27,297 nucleotides of DNA. Origin: a virus. Lineage: Duplodnaviria; Caudoviricetes. The stretch covers positions 1 to 27,297 of the IMG/VR virus record IMGVR_UViG_3300027805_000068. One strand, 5' to 3'. The position numbers and the translations under genes are program-made. Each line of letters opens with the position of its first letter. The stretch's first letter is position 1. The notes beneath the pieces are model-generated. The model worked only from the letters and a program-made list of their open reading frames with translations. It was not told where the DNA came from and searched no databases. Of the stretch, positions 6,657-14,050 are shown one piece after another.

Positions 6657-9467
6657 ATGTATAACGACGCGCCCGAGGCAGGCTTAGCCTCCCTTCTTGC
6701 TTCCCGTGGCCGGAACGGTGATTCCGTGCTTGTTCACATGGCTCCCGAGGAGGTCCAAGGGCTTCAGGCTCTTGCGATGGCGCACGGCGGTGAACTAACC
6801 ATCAACCCCGATACGGGGCTTTACGAAGCCAATATCCTTAAGAAGTTCCTGCCCATGATTGCAGGCGCGGTCCTTAATACTGTCGCGCCGGGAGTAGGCG
6901 GGGCGATTGGTAAGTTTTTTGGGTTGTCTGGCACGGCTGCCAGTACGCTTGGCACGGGGCTGCTGGTTGGCGGTGTTACCGGCCTGATTGAGGGTGACCT
7001 GAAGAAAGGCTTGATGGCAGGCATCGGAGCTTATAGCGGTGCCAACCTTGCCCAGTCGTTGCAGGGTGCTTCTGTTGGGGCAGGCATAGAGCCTGAAAGA
7101 GTTTCTGCCGAAGAGCTTGCCAAGACCAATCAGGCTATGGAGGCCGCTAAGCAGACGGTCGGAGCTAAACCTGTATATAACCCCACTGGAGACGCTGAGA
7201 AAGTAGGCATCGACTTCTTTCAGTCCGCCAATAAGTTCAAAGGTACGCCCACTGTTGGCGATCTAGATATCGGTCGTCAGGCCATTGCTACGGGCGCTAC
7301 CACGCCTGATCAGATACTTGATTTCACCAAGTCGGCTAACGTCTTCAAGGGTACGCCGACACCAATGGATTTATCCACAGGCCGAGCAGCCAACATTGCT
7401 GGCACGGGTATGAGGGGTGTGGGCGAAGGAATCATGTCTCTCGTGCAGTCTCCGCAATCTCGCGGAGCATTTATTGATCGGTTGGGTGGTGGTTTCCAAT
7501 CTAATCTCGGTCAAAGCGCGTCAAAATACGCGACTTTGATGGGTGTTTCCGATGCCTTTACCCCTGAATACAAAGCCCCTTCGGGGCCGGTAAGCGACGA
7601 CTATATTTACATATCGGGCGGGTTCAATCCGATGTATAGCTATGGCCGTGAGCATAGTTATTTCCTGCCGGGTAAGTACTACAAAAAGACTAAAGAAGGT
7701 CTTGTGCCGTACAACCCCTACGCAATGGCACCGGGATATGCGACAGGCGGTCCTGTCCAAGCACCTGATCAGAATATGAATCAACCGCGTTCAATCCCGC
7801 ATCAGAACGCAACGTTTCCCTATCCCAACCAAAATTACCCCTTATCAACCGTAACAGGTACGTCGTATCCTGCTATGCAGGCTGGTAGTGCGCCGCAGCC
7901 GCAAGAAATCATTGGAAATTACGAACCGAACGTCAATCCGTATACGGGTGAGCAGCAGTTTGCTGACGGCGGTCCGGTAGAGGATGAGGAGGACAGACCT
8001 CCGGTAGGCGTTGCACCGCCTCCGCCTAATCCGTTTGCTCAGCCCACTGAGCCGGTGGCTAACCGACCTCCGCCTCCTAGTCCATTCGCTCAGCCCGCTG
8101 TGCCGGTGACTAACCCACCTCCGCCTCCGGAGCCGTCACCGCCTTCTCCGTTGACATTACCTCAAGACGGTCCTCCGAACCCGTTTGCTGCTCAGCGGCA
8201 GCGGTATGTGGATATGCTGAATGCTCCGCCCCCGGCTCCGGTTGATACCAAGCCGACGATGGACTATTTAGACCAACTTAGCCGTCGGGCACGGCAGCCT
8301 GAGTTTATGGTGTTCCCGCCGGGTGGTATTACTGGCGGTACGGGTGGAGGTACGGGCGGCACAGGCGGTACCGGTGGCGATAAAGGTGATAAGGGCGACA
8401 AGAACGAACCCGGTGGTGGTCGAGGTGGTCGTGAGACTGGAGGTGGCACTGGAACCGGTAGTGGTTCTGGTGGTGGTACGGGCGTTATTGGCGGCGGTAC
8501 TGGAACGGGTACGGGTGGTACTGGAACGGGTACAGGCGGTACTGGCCCCAAGACCGGCGGCGGTCCTCCGGGTACGGGCAAAGACGAAGGCGATGCTGAT
8601 GAGAATCAGGACGACGTTGAAGACGCCGAGAAGGAAGACGATGACAGCCTTCTTGATAAAGCCAAGGGCAAGTTCATGGAGTGGTTTGATAAACGCTTCC
8701 GTGATCCGTACGGTCTTGTCGGCACGGCTATTGGTCTTACCGGTGCCGGTATGCTTGGCACTTGGGCGTGGGACAAACTAACTCCAAACATCAAAAAGTT
8801 CTTTGCAACACCTGAAGGTTTGACCGAAGCACAGCAGCTTGAGATTGAAGAGGCTGTTCGCGCTCAACTTGAGGAAGAAAAGGCCAAGCAAGAGCAGGCT
8901 GCAAAAGACAAGGAAAAACAAGATAAAGAAAACGAAGGTCGTACTTCTCGCAGAGAAAACCGTGGCGGCGAAGGCCGTGGCGGTGCGGGTGTAGGCGGCG
9001 GAGCAGGAGGCGGTGGCGGATTTGGTAGTGGCAGTCGTAGGGGTGTAATTACGATTGAAGAAGACGTACTACCTGCACGTAAAGGTGGCCGTATCCGCGC
9101 TATGCAAGCGGGTGGTTTGCCCACGCCTCCTAATCCCTACGGCGCTGCTGTGGGTGAGGACTACAATTTTGGCTTTGCTCAAGGCGGTATGCCCGAGTAC
9201 AAGGCTGGTGGTAAGTTGTTAGATGGTCCCGGCGACGGGATGTCCGACAGCATCCCTGCGGTAATTCGCGGTAAGGGTGTACAACGTGCTGCGTTGGCAG
9301 ATGGCGAGTTCGTCATCCCGGCTGATGTGGTATCGCATCTCGGTAATGGCTCAACTAAAGCGGGAGCCAAGAAACTTTACGCAATGATGGATCGTATTCG
9401 TCAGGCACGGACGGGCAAGACTAAACAAGCCCCCGAAGTAAAAGCCGACAAATACATGCCTGCATAA
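6657..9467 (+). CDS. Internal virion/ejection protein with low-complexity insertions and tape-measure-like C-terminal motif
   Basis: N-terminal GRNGDSVLVHM...GG.LTINP.TGL.EA, Gly-rich hydrophobic hairpin, Pro-rich and Gly/Thr-rich tracts, C-terminal GPGDGMSDSIPA...LADGEFVIPADVV; occupies the P22 gp7/gp20/gp16-equivalent slot after the hub. Confidence 0.7.
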   Translation: MYNDAPEAGLASLLASRGRNGDSVLVHMAPEEVQGLQALAMAHGGELTINPDTGLYEANILKKFLPMIAGAVLNTVAPGVGGAIGKFFGLSGTAASTLGTGLLVGGVTGLIEGDLKKGLMAGIGAYSGANLAQSLQGASVGAGIEPERVSAEELAKTNQAMEAAKQTVGAKPVYNPTGDAEKVGIDFFQSANKFKGTPTVGDLDIGRQAIATGATTPDQILDFTKSANVFKGTPTPMDLSTGRAANIAGTGMRGVGEGIMSLVQSPQSRGAFIDRLGGGFQSNLGQSASKYATLMGVSDAFTPEYKAPSGPVSDDYIYISGGFNPMYSYGREHSYFLPGKYYKKTKEGLVPYNPYAMAPGYATGGPVQAPDQNMNQPRSIPHQNATFPYPNQNYPLSTVTGTSYPAMQAGSAPQPQEIIGNYEPNVNPYTGEQQFADGGPVEDEEDRPPVGVAPPPPNPFAQPTEPVANRPPPPSPFAQPAVPVTNPPPPPEPSPPSPLTLPQDGPPNPFAAQRQRYVDMLNAPPPAPVDTKPTMDYLDQLSRRARQPEFMVFPPGGITGGTGGGTGGTGGTGGDKGDKGDKNEPGGGRGGRETGGGTGTGSGSGGGTGVIGGGTGTGTGGTGTGTGGTGPKTGGGPPGTGKDEGDADENQDDVEDAEKEDDDSLLDKAKGKFMEWFDKRFRDPYGLVGTAIGLTGAGMLGTWAWDKLTPNIKKFFATPEGLTEAQQLEIEEAVRAQLEEEKAKQEQAAKDKEKQDKENEGRTSRRENRGGEGRGGAGVGGGAGGGGGFGSGSRRGVITIEEDVLPARKGGRIRAMQAGGLPTPPNPYGAAVGEDYNFGFAQGGMPEYKAGGKLLDGPGDGMSDSIPAVIRGKGVQRAALADGEFVIPADVVSHLGNGSTKAGAKKLYAMMDRIRQARTGKTKQAPEVKADKYMPA
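7212..7400 (+). repeat. Diverged 108-nt (36-aa) tandem duplication
   Basis: DFFQSANKFKGTPTVGDLDIGRQA (7212) versus DFTKSANVFKGTPTPMDLSTGRAA (7320). Confidence 0.8.
7995..8582 (+). repeat. Pro-rich (PPPPNPFAQP-like) and Gly/Thr-rich (GGT/GTG) low-complexity coding repeats
   Basis: PPPPNPFAQP, PPPPSPFAQP and PPNPFAAQ, followed by GGTGGGTGG... and a twice-repeated ggtactggaacgggtac. Confidence 0.85.
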
Positions 9468-9479
9468 TCGGGAGCGATA

Positions 9480-12347
9480 ATGGCTACTCCTCAAATTAGT
9501 GAACAAATACAAACCACTTCGAACATTCCGGAGTGGATGAAACCCTATGCGATGGAATTGCTAGGGAAAGCACAATTTCTTTCCAACCAAGGCTATCAGC
9601 CTTACGCAAGGCCAAAGTTAGACGCTAAAGGTAACCCTGTACTGGACGCGCAAGGTCGTCCGGTCATGGAGCCTATTCAGCGTTTAGAAGATTTCAGCCC
9701 ACTTCAAAGACAAGCATTTCAGAACATTGCTGGGATGCAGACTGCTGACCAACTTAGGCAGGCGACAGGTCTTGCTGGTCTTGCAGGTGTCGATGCTTCG
9801 CGGCTCTCGCGATACGATCCTGCCGCTGCTCAAAACTTTTACAATTCCCCTGAATTCCAGAGGATGCAGACCGAATTTGAGCGCGTAGGTGCTGCTCCCA
9901 CTACATCGTTTCAGATGGAAGGTCCGGGGGACGTAAGAGCGCAAGAACTTGAACGCTTGCAAATGCAGGGGCCGCGAGATGTTACGGCTCCATCTGACTT
10001 TGAGCGTATCCAGCAGCAGGCTTTGCAACAGTATCAAATGCGGGGACCGCAACAAGTCTCTGCACGTGATTATGATGCTATTGGGGTGCAAGCCCCGCGT
10101 GATATTTCTTCAGAGCGTGTTCAAGCCGCTCAAATGGCGGGTTTGCCGAGCGTTGCCGCAGCGCAGGCTGCCGCTGCCCGAATGGGGCCAGTGCGTGATG
10201 TTACTGCTCAGCAGTATGCCGCGCCCACGATGGCAGACTTTGAAAGAGTTTCTGCTCCCGCAGGTTACGAAGCAGAACGCGTTGGTGCTTATTCGTACGG
10301 CCCATTGCGGATGGACCCGGTTGATCGCGTAGCTGCGGAACGTGTACGTGCAGGTCAGTTACAGGCTGCTCAATCAGGGTTTAGGCCCGAACTTAGCGCA
10401 TATCAACTAACTGGCCCAGAACGAGTAGCGGCTGAGCGTTTTGGCCTTGGCTCCATGATGGAGTATATGTCGCCCTACATGCAGGGCGTTGTGGAGCGTC
10501 AAAAACAAGCGGCGACCCGTGACTACATGCGTGGTCTCCCGGCGTTGGGTGCGGCGGCTGCTCGTGCCGGTAGTCGTGGCGGTACTCGTGAAGCGTTGCT
10601 TCAGGCAGAGGCCCAACGTGGGTTGGCTGAACGCCTTGGTGATATTGAAGCGCAAGGTCTCCAACAGGCTTACCAACAAGCTTCAAGTCAATTTGGTCAA
10701 GACCGCGCTGCTCAAATGCAGGCTGCATTGGCTAACCAACAGGCGGGTCTCACGACGGGACAACAGAATCTGGCCGCTCTGTTGGGCGTTCAGGAGTTAG
10801 GGACTCAGACCGGACTGCAAGTTGCACTGGCAAATCTCACCGCCGAACAACAGGCGCGAGTGCAGCAACAGGCAAACATGCTCCAAGCGCAAGGCATGAA
10901 TCAACAATCTGCGCTTCAGGCTGCATTGGCTAACCAGCAAGCAGACTTGACTGTGGGTCAACAAAACCTTGCCGCAGAACAATCGCGTCAGCAGTTCATG
11001 GGACAGCAGAGCCTTCAGGCTCAACTGGCTAATCAACAGGCCAGTCAACGTGCCGCTGAGTTCCAAAGACAGCAACAGATGCAGGCTTCGCTTGCTAACC
11101 AGCAAAGTGGCCTCACGGTCGGTCAGCAGAATTTGGCTGCACAGTTGCAGACGATGGGGCTTAACGCTCAGCAAGCAATGGATGCTGCGCGTCTTAATCA
11201 AGCCGCTGATCTTACGATTGGGCAGCAAAATATGTCTGCTGAACAGCAGGCAGCACTGGCTAATCAACAGGCCCAGATGGAGGCTCAACGTCTCAACCAA
11301 GCGGCGGGGCTTACCGTTGGTCAGCAGAACTTGTCAGCAGAACAGCAGGCTCGACTGGCTAATCAACAGACTGGGTTGCAGGCGCTCCTTGCTAATCAGC
11401 AGGCGGGTCTCACAACGGCGCAGCAAAATGCTCAACTTGAGCAGGCTCGTCAGCAGTTCTTGAGTCAGCAGGGTCTTGAGGCTCAACGTCTTAATCAGGC
11501 GGCGGGACTTACTACTGAACAACAGAATTTGGCTGCGCTGCTACAGACGCAGGGACTTAGCGCCCAGCAAGCAATCGAAGCAGCCCGTCTTAATCAAGCC
11601 GCTGGTTTGCAGACAAACCAGATGGGACTTCAGGCTGCACTGGCTAACCAACAGGCTGGACTTACTACTGGTCAGCAAAACTTGGCCGCGTTGCTCCAGA
11701 CTCAAGGGCTTGGCGCTCAGCAGAATTTGCAGGCACAACTTGCCAACCAAGCAGCACGGCAGCAGACGGGTCAAACCAACCTTCAGGCGTTGATTAACCA
11801 GTCGCAGTTTGGTGCGGGTCAGGGTCTCCAAGCCCAGCAGATGAACCAGCAAGCCCAACTTCAGGCTCAGCAACAGGCTTTGGCTCAGTTGTCGCAGGCC
11901 AATCAGTTCAGTCAGCAGAACGCTGCTCAACGCGCTCAGTACGGTCTGGCCGGTGCGAACCTTGCCGAGCAGTCCCGTCAGTTTGGTGCTGGCTTGGGTA
12001 TGCAAGGGCTTCAGCAGCAGTTGGCCGCTGCCGGTATGCTAGGTAACTTGGGTCAGCAGCAGTATCAGCAGCAGATGGGTATTAATGCTGCCCAACTGGG
12101 CGCTGGCGGTCAGCAGCAAGCGTTTGGTCAAGAACTGCTCAATATGCAGTATCAAGACTTCCTTAACCAGCAGCGCCTGCCGTATCAGCAGTTAGAATTT
12201 ATGTCGGGCATCTTGCGTGGTCTCCCGGCAACGGGTCAGACTCAGACAATGTATCAGCAGCCGGGTAGTATGTTCGGTCAGATTGCTGGTATAGGCATGG
12301 GACTTGGCAGTTTGTTTGGCGGGTTCGGCCAAACTACGGGGAAATAA
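9480..12347 (+). CDS. Gln/Ala-rich ejection (DNA pilot/transfer) protein with hendecad repeat array
   Basis: GGAG SD; scaffold motifs IPEWMKPY...YQPY...FSPLQRQA, YMSPY.Q.VV, YQDFLNQQRLPYQQLEFMSGILRG and a C-terminal Gly-rich hydrophobic tail; 403-aa 11-mer array. Confidence 0.75.
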   Translation: MATPQISEQIQTTSNIPEWMKPYAMELLGKAQFLSNQGYQPYARPKLDAKGNPVLDAQGRPVMEPIQRLEDFSPLQRQAFQNIAGMQTADQLRQATGLAGLAGVDASRLSRYDPAAAQNFYNSPEFQRMQTEFERVGAAPTTSFQMEGPGDVRAQELERLQMQGPRDVTAPSDFERIQQQALQQYQMRGPQQVSARDYDAIGVQAPRDISSERVQAAQMAGLPSVAAAQAAAARMGPVRDVTAQQYAAPTMADFERVSAPAGYEAERVGAYSYGPLRMDPVDRVAAERVRAGQLQAAQSGFRPELSAYQLTGPERVAAERFGLGSMMEYMSPYMQGVVERQKQAATRDYMRGLPALGAAAARAGSRGGTREALLQAEAQRGLAERLGDIEAQGLQQAYQQASSQFGQDRAAQMQAALANQQAGLTTGQQNLAALLGVQELGTQTGLQVALANLTAEQQARVQQQANMLQAQGMNQQSALQAALANQQADLTVGQQNLAAEQSRQQFMGQQSLQAQLANQQASQRAAEFQRQQQMQASLANQQSGLTVGQQNLAAQLQTMGLNAQQAMDAARLNQAADLTIGQQNMSAEQQAALANQQAQMEAQRLNQAAGLTVGQQNLSAEQQARLANQQTGLQALLANQQAGLTTAQQNAQLEQARQQFLSQQGLEAQRLNQAAGLTTEQQNLAALLQTQGLSAQQAIEAARLNQAAGLQTNQMGLQAALANQQAGLTTGQQNLAALLQTQGLGAQQNLQAQLANQAARQQTGQTNLQALINQSQFGAGQGLQAQQMNQQAQLQAQQQALAQLSQANQFSQQNAAQRAQYGLAGANLAEQSRQFGAGLGMQGLQQQLAAAGMLGNLGQQQYQQQMGINAAQLGAGGQQQAFGQELLNMQYQDFLNQQRLPYQQLEFMSGILRGLPATGQTQTMYQQPGSMFGQIAGIGMGLGSLFGGFGQTTGK
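10734..11942 (+). repeat. 33-nt (11-aa) period array: 26 x 11 aa + 1 x 18 aa + 9 x 11 aa
   Basis: Manual parse: NQQAGLTTGQQ / NLAALLGVQEL / GTQTGLQVALA / NLTAEQQARVQ ...; 1209 nt = 403 aa = 35x11 + 18. Confidence 0.92.
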
Positions 12348-12350
12348 ACA

Positions 12351-14048
12351 ATGATCGGTCCAGTTAGCGGTACGGGTCGTGCAATGATGGCCTCACTTCA
12401 GCAGGCCATGTCCAAGGGTATGCCGCCTGATCAGGCAATCCAGTACGTCAAGAGCATGGCTACACAAGGCGTTGCTCCGATGACGGATCTGTATGCAATG
12501 GTCAATCAGTTTGAACGACTGAAGCAGCAGCAAGTTAAGCCGCCCCAGACGCCGCCAACGATTAAAGATCAGTTGAATATTCTGGATCAGCAGCAACAGA
12601 TGCAGCGTGACACTACCGACCGCAGCGGTGGGCTTGGGGGTTTAGGTGGCCCGACTAGTTATGCTGGTGAAATGGGTAATCAACTTATGGATCGTGGCCT
12701 TGGCGCGATTGACGCTGGCCGTATGGAGTATCCGCAGTTTGCTGGCGGTGGCGTGGTTGCGTTGGCTGCTGGTGGCGACCCTGACGACTACGAACAAATC
12801 TACGGTCGGTTGAAGGGTTCTAAATCTGTTCTTGGTATGTTCCCCAGTGTCAGTGCTGAGAACCTAGAGTTCTTGCGCGACCCTAATAAGTTTTCTACTG
12901 AAGAAGTGGCGCGTCTATTTGCTATTGCTTTGAGCAAAGAAGACATGAATACAGCCAATCCTCTCTACAGCATATTACGACAGAGAGGCATATCTGACGC
13001 CGAGTTAAAAAATATTCAAAGGCAGACCCGTGCTGGTGTACGTGGCGTACAAGGGGCGATGGCAGATGAAGCCGAAGCCGCCAAGTTCCAAACTCTTCGT
13101 ACTGGTCAAACCACGGCACCTCCTGTAACTACTGCCCCCTCTGCCGGTACACAAGCGCCGCCTCCTGACGTTGCACCACCTATTGCCGCTGCACCTAATC
13201 CGTTTGCTGGACTTGGGTCAGTATCTGGCGATTTCAGTAAGTCGCGTGATTTCCTCAGTCAGTTGTCTGCTTCCAAGAAGAGCGATGCTGACCTGACAGA
13301 AGAACAGCAGATTGAGAAGTTAGAAGCTCTCAATAAAAAGTACGGCATCGGTAAGGCCGATGAAGAGTACGGCAAGTATCTTGAGCGTCGTGAAGGCGAG
13401 GCTGGTAAACAACTGGCTGAAGACCGTCGCATGGCTCTGGCTCAGGCTGGCTTCGCTATGGCGGAGGCTGCTTCTCGTCGTGGCCGTGAACGTACTGGGT
13501 TCCTTGGCGCTGCCGCTATCGGCGGTACAAAGGCTGCACAACTTATTGACAAGGCTGTACGTGAGAACCGTGCATTGAAAGACCGCCTTGCTGAGAGCCG
13601 CATGGCTTTGGCTCAGTCACAAGAAATGCGTAAGGCAGGCAACATCAAGGAAGGCTTGGCGTTGCAGCGTTCGGCTAAGAAAGACTATGACGCTACGCTG
13701 GCTGCCATTGCTCAGAATGAGCAGAACATTTCTGAACTGATGACTCGTGAGCGCGGTATGGACCGTCGCACTATGGCTCAGATTGGCGCTCAAGAAAGAA
13801 GTACAGCCGCGCAAATTACTTCTCAAAGAGAAGACCGTGAAGCTGCTCGTGCCGCTGAAACAGACTACCGTAATGCACTTATTGGGCTTAAGCGCGAAGA
13901 ACTTGGTATTAAGAAAATGGCTGAGATAGCCATGATACCCGACAAGGAACAGCGTGAAAAAGCGTTACAAGAAGTGCTTAAAAGTTTAGCGGGTGGTGAA
14001 GAAGCGATGACCGGCGTTGAGGATTTGCTTGCCAAGTACGGTAGGTAA
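12351..14048 (+). CDS. Internal virion/ejection protein (alpha-helical, coiled coil)
   Basis: 565 aa; PPQTPPTIKDQL, FAGGGVVALAAGG, ALAQAGFAMA...GFLGAAAIGG amphipathic segment, long charged helices; syntenic between ejection proteins. Confidence 0.7.
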   Translation: MIGPVSGTGRAMMASLQQAMSKGMPPDQAIQYVKSMATQGVAPMTDLYAMVNQFERLKQQQVKPPQTPPTIKDQLNILDQQQQMQRDTTDRSGGLGGLGGPTSYAGEMGNQLMDRGLGAIDAGRMEYPQFAGGGVVALAAGGDPDDYEQIYGRLKGSKSVLGMFPSVSAENLEFLRDPNKFSTEEVARLFAIALSKEDMNTANPLYSILRQRGISDAELKNIQRQTRAGVRGVQGAMADEAEAAKFQTLRTGQTTAPPVTTAPSAGTQAPPPDVAPPIAAAPNPFAGLGSVSGDFSKSRDFLSQLSASKKSDADLTEEQQIEKLEALNKKYGIGKADEEYGKYLERREGEAGKQLAEDRRMALAQAGFAMAEAASRRGRERTGFLGAAAIGGTKAAQLIDKAVRENRALKDRLAESRMALAQSQEMRKAGNIKEGLALQRSAKKDYDATLAAIAQNEQNISELMTRERGMDRRTMAQIGAQERSTAAQITSQREDREAARAAETDYRNALIGLKREELGIKKMAEIAMIPDKEQREKALQEVLKSLAGGEEAMTGVEDLLAKYGR

Positions 14049-14050
14049 AA

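Noticed and set aside
8323-8582. Gly-rich tract as a collagen-like domain
   Set aside because: Only a very short G-x-y run (GDKGDKGDK); the rest is GGT/GT low complexity.
10734-11942. 33-nt periodic repeats as a CRISPR array or DGR template/variable repeat
   Set aside because: Repeats are degenerate, in frame, vary at synonymous positions and have no unique spacers; no cas or reverse transcriptase gene in the window.
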